Assembly (NCBI GenBank): GCA_965248265.1 | Contig: CBDFJF010000001.1 | Coordinates: 1,664,001 to 1,728,000 of the forward strand | Length of the DNA: 64,000 nucleotides | Source of the DNA: Candidatus Latescibacterota bacterium | GTDB lineage: Bacteria > Latescibacterota > UBA2968 > UBA8231 | Direction of reading: 5' to 3' | Shown: positions 37,057 to 46,765 of the stretch, in pieces | How the letters are laid out: each line of letters starts with the position of its first letter | How positions within the stretch are numbered: the stretch's first letter is position 1 | Made by a program: the position numbers and the translations under genes | Notes under the pieces: generated by a model | Databases searched by the model: none | What the model saw: the letters and a program-made list of their open reading frames with translations, nothing else | What the model was told of the DNA's origin: nothing

Positions 37057-38625
37057 ATGAATATCGGAACCCTGCTGACCAAAGCGGCACGCACCTTCCC
37101 GGACAACCTGGCCACCGCCCACGGCCCACGGCAATCCAGCTACGCCCGCTTCAACGCCCGCACCAATCAGCTGGCTAACGCGTTGACCTCACTGGGTATC
37201 GTCCGCGGCGACAACGTCGCCATCCTCATGTACAACCGCCCCGAGATGCTGGAGGCCATGTTCGCCTGCTTCAAGGCGGGATGTGGCGCCGTGCCGATCA
37301 ACTTCCGCCTGCACTCACAGGAGTGTGCCTTCATCATCGATCACTCCGGTGCCCAGGCCGTCATCATCTCGTCCGAATTTGAAGAAGCCATCAGCTCGAT
37401 CAAGGGTCAGATACCTCAGGTGTGCAACGTCATTACTGTCGGCCCGACAGATTCGACTGATCCGACGGCGTACGAAAGCATGCTGGCCTCCCACTTAGAT
37501 GAATTCGCCGACATCGATGTCGACGTCGACGACGTTGCCTGGTTGTTCTATACCTCCGGCACGACTGGCCAACCCAAAGGTGCCATGCTCACGCACCGCA
37601 ATCTGTTGGCCATGACCATGAACTTCTACGCGGACATGTCCTGCGATTTTGGCCCAGACGACGTGACCTTGCACGCAGCCCCTCTCTCCCACGGCAGTGG
37701 TTTGTACGCCTTGCCGAATGTCGGCAAGGCAGCGGCGCACATTTTCCTGGAGGGCACTTCCTTTGAGCCGGAAGCCGTATTCCAGACCATCCAGACCCAT
37801 CGTGTCACCAACATGTTCGCGGCGCCGACGATGATCATGCGCTTGATCGACAACCCCGCCGTTGACCGCTTCGACCACACGTCGTTGTCGGCTGTCAGTT
37901 ACGGTGGTGGACCGATGCTGGTGGAAGACCTGACCAGGGCGATGGACAAACTAGGTCCTTGCCTGGTGCAGCTATATGGCCAGGGCGAGTCCCCGATGAC
38001 GATCACCTACCTGCCCCACCGTGACCATGTCCCTGATGGCGACGCCGATCAGATGAAGCGACTGGCTTCCGCCGGCATCGCCCGCACCGATGTCGAAGTC
38101 CGCATCCATGACCAGGACGACAACGAGGTTGCGGCCGGCGACATGGGAGAGGTCGTTACCCGCTCCGATCTGGTCATGAAGGGCTACTGGCGCGACCCCG
38201 AAGCCACGGCCCAGACCCTGAGAAACGGTTGGTTGCACACCGGCGACATGGGCTACCTCGACGACAGGGGCTACCTCTTTCTGATGGATCGTTCGAAGGA
38301 CATGATCATAAGCGGCGGCGAAAACATCTATCCCCGCGAAATCGAGGAAGTCATCATCCAGCATCCGGCGGTCGCCGAAGTCGCCGTCATCGGGGTTCCG
38401 GATTCCGAGTGGGGCGAGGCTATCAAAGCGATCGTCGCTGTCGCCCCGGGACTTGAAGTCACCGAAGCGGAGTTGCTCGAATTTTGCCAGAACCACATTG
38501 CTCGTTACAAGAAACCGAAGTCGGTCGATTTCATCGCCCAATTGCCCAAGAACAACTACGGCAAAATCGTCAAGAATGAGTTGCGCGAGAAATACTGGCA
38601 GGGACGCACTCGACGCGTGATTTGA
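37057..38625 (+). CDS. Acyl-CoA synthetase (AMP-forming, long-chain/aromatic acid CoA ligase family)
   Basis: YTSGTTGQPKG, YGQGE, GWLHTGD, DRSKDMIISGGENIYP and PKNNYGKI. Confidence 0.95.
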   Translation: MNIGTLLTKAARTFPDNLATAHGPRQSSYARFNARTNQLANALTSLGIVRGDNVAILMYNRPEMLEAMFACFKAGCGAVPINFRLHSQECAFIIDHSGAQAVIISSEFEEAISSIKGQIPQVCNVITVGPTDSTDPTAYESMLASHLDEFADIDVDVDDVAWLFYTSGTTGQPKGAMLTHRNLLAMTMNFYADMSCDFGPDDVTLHAAPLSHGSGLYALPNVGKAAAHIFLEGTSFEPEAVFQTIQTHRVTNMFAAPTMIMRLIDNPAVDRFDHTSLSAVSYGGGPMLVEDLTRAMDKLGPCLVQLYGQGESPMTITYLPHRDHVPDGDADQMKRLASAGIARTDVEVRIHDQDDNEVAAGDMGEVVTRSDLVMKGYWRDPEATAQTLRNGWLHTGDMGYLDDRGYLFLMDRSKDMIISGGENIYPREIEEVIIQHPAVAEVAVIGVPDSEWGEAIKAIVAVAPGLEVTEAELLEFCQNHIARYKKPKSVDFIAQLPKNNYGKIVKNELREKYWQGRTRRVI

Positions 38626-38674
38626 TTATTCTCTGTTATTCTGATGATAGCCGTTATCTGATCGACAAACTGAT

Positions 38675-39940
38675 ATGGCGAAACGACGAAAACTCTCGCG
38701 AGGCGTGGCCGTGGTTGGGGCCGGCATGTCGCAGTTCGACATGTTGCCGGACAAGGACTCCAAGGACCTCTTCGTCGACGCCTTCCAAGACATGCTCGCC
38801 TCGGTCGACAAAGGGATTGATCCAGCCGATATCGACGCCCTCTACCTGGGCAACTTCACCAACGATTTCTTCGTCGATCAGTCGCATTGGGGCGCCATCA
38901 TCGCCGACACCATCGGCCATGTACCACGGCCGGCCACCAGGACGGAAGGTGCCTGCGCTTCGAGCGCCATCGCCTTTCGAGAGGGCGTCTTCGCCATCGC
39001 CTCCGGGTTCTACGACATCGTCCTCGTCGGCGGAGTCGAAGATATGTCGAAGCGCTCGACTTCCGAGATTGCCGATGGACTGGGTCTGGCCGCCGTGCCC
39101 TACGAGCGAAAATCCGGATTTACCTTTCCCGGCGTCTTCGGTGCCCTGGCGACCGCCTATTTCGAACGCTATGGAGCGACGCGGGAGAACCTGTTCGATG
39201 TGACCATCAAGAGTCATAACAACGCCACGCTGAATCCGCGCGCACAGTACCGGGCTTCGATCGCGCAGATGATGGCGGCCAAGGCCGAGCGCGCCAGGAG
39301 CAGAGGGGACGCGGTTCCGGAATGGGCGGACGAAATGGAGTTTCTCCGGGACCCCAAAGCCAATCCAGTCATCGCCTGGCCCATGCACCTGTTCGACTGC
39401 TGTCCGATCAGCGATGGTGCCAGCTGCATCCTGCTGGTAGGCGAAGAGCTGGCCGCCAGCTTCACCGACGACCCGTTGCATGTGGCCGGCATCGGCCAGG
39501 GCAGCGGGCGGGGACTGCATGCCGCCGATGACCTGACCTACTTCGAAGCTTCCCGATTCGCCGCCCAGGAAGCCTATGACATGGCCGGACTCAGACCCGA
39601 CGACATTCAATGCGCCGAAGTGCACGACTGCTTTTCAGTGGCCGAAGTCATCCACGTTGAGGATCTCGGTTTCTTCCCGCCAGGAGAGGGGTACAAGGCT
39701 ATCTCCGATGGCGCCACGCGACTGGACGGCATCAAACCGATTAACACTTCTGGAGGCTTGAAGTGCAAGGGGCATCCGGTGGGTGCGACGGGCGCGGCAC
39801 AACTTGTCGAATTATGGGCGCAGCTGCGTCACCAAGCCGGGGAGCGACAGGTTCCCACTGGAGATCTGCGCATCGGCGCCGCTCACAATCTCGGAGGCAC
39901 CGGTGGCACCTGCACCTACACTATTCTGGAGAGGAGATAG
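38675..39940 (+). CDS. SCP2-type thiolase (DUF35-partnered)
   Basis: EGACASS (active-site Cys), GGVE, CCPISDGA, EVHDCF and KGHPVGATG. Confidence 0.92.
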   Translation: MAKRRKLSRGVAVVGAGMSQFDMLPDKDSKDLFVDAFQDMLASVDKGIDPADIDALYLGNFTNDFFVDQSHWGAIIADTIGHVPRPATRTEGACASSAIAFREGVFAIASGFYDIVLVGGVEDMSKRSTSEIADGLGLAAVPYERKSGFTFPGVFGALATAYFERYGATRENLFDVTIKSHNNATLNPRAQYRASIAQMMAAKAERARSRGDAVPEWADEMEFLRDPKANPVIAWPMHLFDCCPISDGASCILLVGEELAASFTDDPLHVAGIGQGSGRGLHAADDLTYFEASRFAAQEAYDMAGLRPDDIQCAEVHDCFSVAEVIHVEDLGFFPPGEGYKAISDGATRLDGIKPINTSGGLKCKGHPVGATGAAQLVELWAQLRHQAGERQVPTGDLRIGAAHNLGGTGGTCTYTILERR

Positions 39941-39943
39941 CCC

Positions 39944-40363
39944 TTGCCTGAGAGGCCGATGAGCGATCACTCATTCGAGCAGTTCCTCGGCGAGGACAGA
40001 CTTATGGGGGGCAAGTGCTCTGGCTGCGGCTCTCTGTTCGTTCCACCGCGCTCCGTTTGCAGAAAATGCTACGGCACGGACATGGAGTGGGTGGAGATGA
40101 CGGGAACCGGCGTGCTGGCCGGCTTTTCCTGCATCCACATCGGGCCACCATCAATGGCGGCAGAAGGCTACGACCGGAACAACCCGTATTGCACGGCGGC
40201 AGTGGAACTCGACGAGGGGCCCCGGGTTGTCGCTCGTGTCGAGAACATCGACACCCTGCGACCGGAAACGATCATCATCGGGATGCGCTTGAAGGTCAGC
40301 TTCTTGCACAGGGGCGATGGCGACGACCGTAAAACCATCCTGGCCTTCCGACCAGCCTGTTGA
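39944..40363 (+). CDS. Zn-ribbon/OB-fold protein (DUF35)
   Basis: CSGC...PPRSVCRKC zinc ribbon, then PYCTAAVELDEG. Starts 3 nt after the thiolase. Confidence 0.92.
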   Translation: MPERPMSDHSFEQFLGEDRLMGGKCSGCGSLFVPPRSVCRKCYGTDMEWVEMTGTGVLAGFSCIHIGPPSMAAEGYDRNNPYCTAAVELDEGPRVVARVENIDTLRPETIIIGMRLKVSFLHRGDGDDRKTILAFRPAC

Positions 40364-40382
40364 TTTGGCAGATACTCCCGAC

Positions 40383-41429
40383 ATGAAGGGCGCAGCCCTG
40401 GCGCTGCGGGCACTGAAGGATCAGAACGCCACGGATGACCTGTCCGGCTGGCGCCGAGTAGCCGTGCTGCTGGTCAGCCTGGGCCAGGAGCTGGCTGCCG
40501 AGCTCATGAAGGACCTCGACACGGACGAGGTCGAGCAGATCGCCGAGGCCATTGCCGCACTCAAGACCGTGCCCCGGGAGGTCCAGGAGCAGGTCGTCGC
40601 CGAGTTCGAGGAACAGCTGTCCTCGGGTTGTTTCGCGGCATCGGGCGGCGAGCAGGTTGCCCGCGGCATGCTCGAAGCTGCCCTGGGAAAGGACAAGGCG
40701 CAGGAGGTACTGGATCGCCTGGGACATGGGGCGAAATCAGATGCCTTTGGCATGCTCGACAACGCCGATCCGGCCCAGGTGGCCACTTTCCTGACGCAAC
40801 AGCACCCGCAGACCATCGCCCTCCTGCTCTCACAGATCGAGGCCGAAAAGGCTGCCAGCCTGCTCAACCGCCTGCCGGGCCCACTCCAGGCCGATGTCGC
40901 TCACCGCATCGCCACGTTGGAACCGGTATCGCCTGTGGTGCTCAGTGCCCTCGAGGAGACCCTGCTCGAGGAATTGCCTGATGTGCTCTCCGGACAGCAC
41001 GCCGTCGACGGTCCCAAGGTGGCGGCCGACATCCTGAACCGGGTCGGATCCGGCCTGGAGCGGGATGTCCTGCAGCGACTCGACGCCCAGGACCCGGAGA
41101 TGGCAGAGCAGATCCGCAACCAGATGTTCGTCTTCGACGACCTCGCCCGCCTCAATGCGAAGGAGATCGACATCGTCCTTCAGAACATCGAGTACGAGGA
41201 TCTTGTCATCGCCCTCAAATCCGCCGGCAAGGGCGTCGTCGCCACGATACAGTCGGCGATGTCAGAAAGGCGGCAGCAGTTGTTGATGGACGACCTCAAC
41301 GCCTTGCCACCGACGCGGCTCAAGGACGTGGAAGAAGCTCAACTGCGGATCCTCCAACACGTGCGCCGACTGGAGGAACAACAGCTAATCAAGCTCGCCC
41401 GCGGTGACGAGGACGACACCTATGTCTGA
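40383..41429 (+). CDS. fliG: Flagellar motor switch protein FliG homolog (orphan)
   Basis: LSGWRRVAVLLVSLG, GG linker (SGGEQVARGML), QHPQTIALLLS, MFVFDDL, MSER and torque helix RLKDVEEAQ. The start is uncertain (TTG 40365 or ATG 40383). Confidence 0.9.
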   Translation: MKGAALALRALKDQNATDDLSGWRRVAVLLVSLGQELAAELMKDLDTDEVEQIAEAIAALKTVPREVQEQVVAEFEEQLSSGCFAASGGEQVARGMLEAALGKDKAQEVLDRLGHGAKSDAFGMLDNADPAQVATFLTQQHPQTIALLLSQIEAEKAASLLNRLPGPLQADVAHRIATLEPVSPVVLSALEETLLEELPDVLSGQHAVDGPKVAADILNRVGSGLERDVLQRLDAQDPEMAEQIRNQMFVFDDLARLNAKEIDIVLQNIEYEDLVIALKSAGKGVVATIQSAMSERRQQLLMDDLNALPPTRLKDVEEAQLRILQHVRRLEEQQLIKLARGDEDDTYV

Positions 41430-41449
41430 CTGGTCTGCCTGAGATCGAG

Positions 41450-42970
41450 ATGTCGACGACCAGGGTACAGGCACCAACCTCCATTCTCCGATTGGGTCAT
41501 GCGCAGGTTGATGTCACCCCACCCGTCGGCATCTACCACCGTATGTGGGGGGCTGCCAGCCACGACCAGGCCACGGGCGTGCATCGACCGCTGTTGGCGG
41601 ACGTCATCATCGTCGAGCCGATCGGTACCCGGGGTGGGCAAAACGTTCACGAACGTTCCGTTCACGGACGGTTCGTCCGCATCCTCCTCGACTCCGTCTA
41701 CCTGATGGACGAGCAGACAGAACCCATGATCCAGCGCCTGGCTGAGCTGACAGGTACCGAGGCCAGCCGCATCATCGTCACACACTCCCATTCTCATGCC
41801 GCCGGTCACTTCGAACCGGGCCGCCGGTCCCTGCCCGGTGGCGACCTCATCGATGGCTATCTCAAAGAGCTGACGGCGGGGACCAGCCAGGCCGCCGAGC
41901 AGGCCCTGGCCAACTTCGAGGAAGCCACAATTACGTACGGCACCGCGCGCTGCGACCTCGCTGCCAACCGCGACTACTGGGATGAGGCAGGCCAGCGCTA
42001 CGCCACAGGCTACAACCCGGATGCCCCGGCCGATGACACGGTCGTCGTCGCCCGCGTCAGCGACCTCGACGGCGACACTCGTCTCGTCATCGTCAACTAC
42101 GCCTGCCACCCCACCACGCTGGCGTGGGACAATACCGTGCTGAGTCCCGATTTTGTCGGCGCGGCTCGCGAAGTCGTCGAGCAGGACGTTGGCGCACCGT
42201 GCTGCTTCTTCCAGGCCCCCTGCGGCGAGTTGGGCCCCAGGCAGGGGTTTGTCGGCGACACCGCCGTGGCCGATCGCAACGGCCGGCAGCTCGGGCACGC
42301 CGCTCTGTCCGGGTTCTATTCCATGGGACCGCCTCGTGCCGATTTCGTCTATCTGGGACCCGTTGAGTCCGGGACCACGATCGGCACATGGGGATGGGAG
42401 CCCTTCGACCCGGCGCGTACGGCACAGGCTTCGAGTTGTGACGGAGATGCATTCACCGTCGACCTGGCGACCATCGACCTTCCCGACCCGGCCACCCTGC
42501 GGGCGGACCTCGAGCAACTCTCTGGTGAACAGCTGCAAGCCGATCGCAACGGGGACACGGCGCTCGCCGGCGATCTGAGCGCCCGTGCGGAGCGCTGCCG
42601 GCGCTGGCTAGCCAGACTCAAGGCCCTGCCAACCAGCGGAGTATTCCCCTACCGCGTCACCGCCTTCCGCCTCGGCGACGCCGTCTGGATCACCTGTAGC
42701 GCTGAGCCATACAGCACCTTACAGACGACCTTGAGGGCCCGCTTTCCGAATGTGACCCTGATGATCTCCCCGGTAGCCGGCGACGCGCAGATCGCCTACC
42801 TGCTGCCCCACGTCAGTTACGGCATCGGGGTGTACCAGGAACAGCCGTCCAGCCTCGTCGCGGGTTGTCTCGAAACGCTGATCGAGGCCTTGACCGCATA
42901 CCTTGCTCAGATCACAGGCGAGACCCCGATTTCGTCGGTACCGTTCGTGCCTGACCATTTGGGCCGTTAA
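41450..42970 (+). CDS. Neutral/alkaline ceramidase-like metallo-amidohydrolase
   Basis: VDVTPP, GVHRPL, THSHSHA, NYACHPT, SPDFVG and FFQAPCGE. Confidence 0.7.
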   Translation: MSTTRVQAPTSILRLGHAQVDVTPPVGIYHRMWGAASHDQATGVHRPLLADVIIVEPIGTRGGQNVHERSVHGRFVRILLDSVYLMDEQTEPMIQRLAELTGTEASRIIVTHSHSHAAGHFEPGRRSLPGGDLIDGYLKELTAGTSQAAEQALANFEEATITYGTARCDLAANRDYWDEAGQRYATGYNPDAPADDTVVVARVSDLDGDTRLVIVNYACHPTTLAWDNTVLSPDFVGAAREVVEQDVGAPCCFFQAPCGELGPRQGFVGDTAVADRNGRQLGHAALSGFYSMGPPRADFVYLGPVESGTTIGTWGWEPFDPARTAQASSCDGDAFTVDLATIDLPDPATLRADLEQLSGEQLQADRNGDTALAGDLSARAERCRRWLARLKALPTSGVFPYRVTAFRLGDAVWITCSAEPYSTLQTTLRARFPNVTLMISPVAGDAQIAYLLPHVSYGIGVYQEQPSSLVAGCLETLIEALTAYLAQITGETPISSVPFVPDHLGR

Positions 42971-44187
42971 CCGGCCGCCGACACGACCTGTTCCTGCACG
43001 GCCTCCAGCAAACTGTCACTGATTCCGAGCGACTCCTGCAGCTCTGTGTCGACTTCCGGCTCCTTGCCGCAGCCGCTGCTGCCGATCTGAGCCCGATGGA
43101 CGATGACGTCAGCCAGGTGAACGAACGCCGTCAGGCGCGTGTCGCCGGCGCTCTCCTGTGGTTCATGGTGATAGCTCAGGGCCTGGGATATCTTGCTGGG
43201 CAGGTTCCACCATTCCGCCAGGTAGCCACCGATGGCGGCGTGGGTAGTGCCCAGCATCTCCTCTTCCTCGTCACACAGCATCATGCGCCGCGCTCGAGCC
43301 ATGCTTACAACCTCGGCGTAGCGTTCGGGCATGTATTGTACCAGCACGAGTTTGCCCAGATCGTGTAGCGTGCCCGCGAGCATGGCGACCTCGGCTCTTT
43401 CACGGTCCTTCGTGATCTTGCGCTCCAGCAAGGACGCCGCCATACCGCACGCCAGACAGTGTTTCCAGAATCCCTCTTGTTCCAATCCCGAATTCGCTTC
43501 CGATTCGAACGTCTGGAACACACTGGTGGCGAGTACCAGATTCTCCACCATCCCCATGCCGAGCACGACCACGGCGTTGCTCACCGTGGCCACCTCTCGC
43601 TGCTGACCGAAGTAGGCCGAGTTGGCGATCTGGAGAATCTTGGCGGCAATAGCAGGGTCCTGGTTGATGACGCGCGTCACCTCCTCTGCCGAAACGTTCT
43701 CGGCGTCCCGGGTAATCTCACTCAATTCGGCGTACACGCTTGGGACCGGAGGCAGAGAATCGATCTCGCTGATAATTCTATGGAGACCCATCATCTCCAT
43801 CTCCTGACTCGCCGTCTGTTCAAAGGCGCTGCGAACGATCTCCGTCAACTCCGCGTCATCCCAGGGTTTGGCAATGATCTGTTGAATATCCGCCGCCGCC
43901 AGGGCTGTCGTTGTCTCCGGCCCCGGCTCCTCCGTCATGATCATGCGTATGATGTTGGCGTCGATCTCCCGCACGGCCTTCAACAGTGCCACCCCATCAA
44001 CGTCGGGCATCTGGAAATCAGCGATCACCATGTGGGCAGGGTATTCCAGCAGCAACGCCAGCGCTTCCTTGGCACTGGTGGCACTGTTGATGTCATAACC
44101 GGCGTCACCCAGCAACGTGCCAGCAGCGGCAGCAACCTCAGGCTCGTCGTCGACGATGAGAATCTTTCTATTGTCCGCTTCACTCAT
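42967..44187 (-). CDS. Response regulator with an HDOD domain
   Basis: REC motifs (IVDDE, ADFQMP, AKPW) plus HDOD motifs (LPPVP, DPAIAAKILQIANSAYFG, WKHC, LHDLGKL, HAAIGGYLAEWWNLP, YHHEP). Confidence 0.92.
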   Translation of the reverse strand: MSEADNRKILIVDDEPEVAAAAGTLLGDAGYDINSATSAKEALALLLEYPAHMVIADFQMPDVDGVALLKAVREIDANIIRMIMTEEPGPETTTALAAADIQQIIAKPWDDAELTEIVRSAFEQTASQEMEMMGLHRIISEIDSLPPVPSVYAELSEITRDAENVSAEEVTRVINQDPAIAAKILQIANSAYFGQQREVATVSNAVVVLGMGMVENLVLATSVFQTFESEANSGLEQEGFWKHCLACGMAASLLERKITKDRERAEVAMLAGTLHDLGKLVLVQYMPERYAEVVSMARARRMMLCDEEEEMLGTTHAAIGGYLAEWWNLPSKISQALSYHHEPQESAGDTRLTAFVHLADVIVHRAQIGSSGCGKEPEVDTELQESLGISDSLLEAVQEQVVSAAG

Positions 44188-44309
44188 CCGGTCTCTCCAT
44201 TTCCCATTCAGCGAACGCTCAAGGTACAACTTTTTCCACCTGCACAATACCGCTGCTGACACAACAGCTTCATGCCGCTCCATTGACTACCTTTGGAACG
44301 GAACCGATC

Positions 44310-44430
44310 ATGGCTGAGAATCCAACCGCCCACTCGGCCGCGCGCTTCGGCATGTTCCTGGGAGTCTACACTCCCAGCGTGCTGACCATGCTCGGTCTCA
44401 TCATGTACCTGCGTTTTTGTTGGATGACGC
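44310..44430 (+). pseudogene. 5' remnant of a cation-chloride cotransporter / amino acid permease (SLC12-like)
   Basis: MAENPTAHSAARFGMFLGVYTPSVLTMLGLIMYLRFCWM matches TM1 of bacterial CCC/APC proteins (FGxFxGVxxPxxLTILGxIMYLR). Similarity stops after about 40 codons. Confidence 0.65.
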
Positions 44431-44492
44431 ATCTGCGTAGCCTAACGTGGCACAGCCAGTCGATTTGATTGACCTGACAGGAGACTACTCTC

Positions 44493-45449
44493 ATGGAAAA
44501 TATCGCTGATCGCGTCACCGATGTAATCGGCAAGACTCCGATCGTCGCACTGGACCGGCTGTCGCCACCGGGTGGGGCTCGCATATTGGCCAAGATGGAG
44601 TACCTCAATCCAGGAGGCAGCGTCAAGGACCGCATCGCCTTGAGCATGATCCAGGACGCCGAGCAGTCGGGCAGGTTAAAGCCGGGCATGACGATCGTGG
44701 AAGCCACCAGCGGCAATACCGGGATCGGGCTGGCGATGCTGTGCGCCAAACTCGGCTACCGGTTGGTACTGACGATGCCGGAGACCATGAGCTTCGAGCG
44801 CCGCGCCCTCGTAATCCGTTTCGGAGCGGAGGTCGTGATCACCAAGGGCTCCGGCGACATGGAGGGCTCACGGCAGCGAGCCGAGGAGATCGTCAACGAG
44901 AACCCGAACTGTATCGAACTCAAGCAGTTCGACAACCCCGCCAACCCGGAGGTTCATCGCCGCACTACAGGGCCTGAGATCCTGACGGCTGCTGGCCGCA
45001 GGCTCAGTGCATTCGTCGCCGGCATCGGAACGGGTGGCACCATCACCGGCGTGGGCGAGGTGCTGAAAGCTGACATTCCGGACGTCAGGATTGTCGGTGT
45101 GGAACCGGCAGGCTCCGCGGTGTTGAGCGGGAAAGCGGCGGGGCCGCACATGATCGAAGGCATCGGCGCCGGTTTCGTGCCGGCGATTCTCAACCAGCAA
45201 ATACTGGACGATATAATCCCGGTGGAAGACGAGGAGGCGTTCAGAATGGCGGGAACTCTGGCCGATGAAGAAGGCCTGCTGGTCGGCATCTCATCAGGAG
45301 CAGCCGTGCTGGCTGCACGCCAGGTTGCCGCCGAGTTGCCCGAGGATGCCATCGTCGTCACCGTTCTCTGCGACACCGGAACACGCTACTTCAGTATCGA
45401 GGAATTCTTCCGTCGCGACGACGAACAGGATCAGAGTTCGCTGCTGTGA
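44493..45449 (+). CDS. cysK: Cysteine synthase A (O-acetylserine sulfhydrylase)
   Basis: IGKTP, NPGGSVKDR (PLP Lys), EATSGNTG, QFDNPAN, GIGTGGT, IEGIGAG and GISSGA. Confidence 0.95.
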   Translation: MENIADRVTDVIGKTPIVALDRLSPPGGARILAKMEYLNPGGSVKDRIALSMIQDAEQSGRLKPGMTIVEATSGNTGIGLAMLCAKLGYRLVLTMPETMSFERRALVIRFGAEVVITKGSGDMEGSRQRAEEIVNENPNCIELKQFDNPANPEVHRRTTGPEILTAAGRRLSAFVAGIGTGGTITGVGEVLKADIPDVRIVGVEPAGSAVLSGKAAGPHMIEGIGAGFVPAILNQQILDDIIPVEDEEAFRMAGTLADEEGLLVGISSGAAVLAARQVAAELPEDAIVVTVLCDTGTRYFSIEEFFRRDDEQDQSSLL

Positions 45450-46588
45450 ATCTGAGCCGCAAGGAGAAAGCATTCGAGGCGCGCTTTCGCCGCAATCTTC
45501 GATTGTGGCCGGAGCAGAGTCCCTGGCCGGGATTCGCGATGTGCGTCCTGTTGGCCGGCCTGGCCGGCTACGTTCATTCGCTGCCCATTGCGCCGTTTAC
45601 CCTCGCCAACGGCCAACAGCCCGTCAGCCCCGTGTTGCTGGCGCTGCTCGCGGGCATGATCCTGCGCAACCTGATACCGGCAACCGCCCGACTGAAGCCG
45701 GGTGCGGATACCATCGTAAAGAAGTGGCTTCCCGTCGGTATCGTGCTGCTGGGCGCCCGCCTCGACTTCTACGTCCTCATCGATGTGGCAGCGCAGGTAT
45801 TGATTGGATCGGCAGCGCTCATAGCCTGCATCATCCTGCTGACTCGGGTGCTGTCTCGCTGGTGCGGCGTCGGAGAAAAACTGGGTCTTTTGATCGGAAT
45901 CGGCACAGCCATCTGCGGCAGCTCGGCCATCGTCGCGGCGGCCCCGGTGGTGGAGGCCAAGGAAGACGAGATGGCCTACTCCATCGGTGTCATCAACCTG
46001 CTCGGCGTCATCACCATATTCCTGTTCCCCTTGCTGGGCCCAGTGCTTGAGCTGGATGCCCGTACCTACGGCGCCTGGTGCGGTCTCGGCATCCACGCCA
46101 CTCCGCAGGTGATCGCCGCCGGCTTCGCCCATCCCATCGATGGCCACACCGCGGGTGAGACCGCGACGATCGTCAAACTGGTAAGGATCTCGCTGCTCGG
46201 TCCAGCCGTTTTCCTGTTGGGCGCCTGGTTCGCCCACCATCAGCGGCAGCACGCCGCCCACGTCGGCGCACCGGTCAAGTACTCGAGGCTGGTACCGGGA
46301 TTCATCCTGCTCTTTCTCACACTTGCCCTGCTGCGCACCCTGGGGTTCCTCCCCGAGGTGACCCTGCACATGACCGAGCGGTGGCTCCTCGGTGCCGGGG
46401 ACGTACACCTCGATATCGCCGGCTTGCTGAGCCAGACGGGTAAATGGGTGATCACGGCCGCGATCGCCGGCGTTGGCCTGGTAACTGAGTTCCGGACCAT
46501 GAGGGCGGGAGGGTCTCGGCCGCTGCTGCTCGGGGTTTTGGCCGCGATCGCCGTAGCCATGCTTGGCCTCCTCGTAGCCGGCCTGTGA
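45446..46588 (+). CDS. YeiH / putative sulfate exporter (PSE) family membrane protein
   Basis: GIVLLGARL, GTAICGSSAIVA, GAWCGLGIH...QVIAAG and ATIVKLVR. GTGA overlap with cysK. Confidence 0.88.
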   Translation: MNLSRKEKAFEARFRRNLRLWPEQSPWPGFAMCVLLAGLAGYVHSLPIAPFTLANGQQPVSPVLLALLAGMILRNLIPATARLKPGADTIVKKWLPVGIVLLGARLDFYVLIDVAAQVLIGSAALIACIILLTRVLSRWCGVGEKLGLLIGIGTAICGSSAIVAAAPVVEAKEDEMAYSIGVINLLGVITIFLFPLLGPVLELDARTYGAWCGLGIHATPQVIAAGFAHPIDGHTAGETATIVKLVRISLLGPAVFLLGAWFAHHQRQHAAHVGAPVKYSRLVPGFILLFLTLALLRTLGFLPEVTLHMTERWLLGAGDVHLDIAGLLSQTGKWVITAAIAGVGLVTEFRTMRAGGSRPLLLGVLAAIAVAMLGLLVAGL

Positions 46589-46765
46589 GCGGTCAACTGG
46601 TTCGTAGGAGGTGTCCGGTCGAATGGTGTCCAGGTCGATCTCCGCGTGGCGCTCGCCCAAGCATCGGCGTCCTTCAGGCCTCAAGCTGGAGCCGAGCGCC
46701 GCAAATCGATATCCTACCTCTGCACAAACTGGCAACTAATGTGATGGCAGCAAGGGAGACCAGTC

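Noticed and set aside
46589-46735. Protein-like minus-strand text (EIDLDTIRPDTSYEPVDR) between yeiH and the sulfatase
   Set aside because: Too short to assign to a family. It may be a remnant, but I cannot support that.
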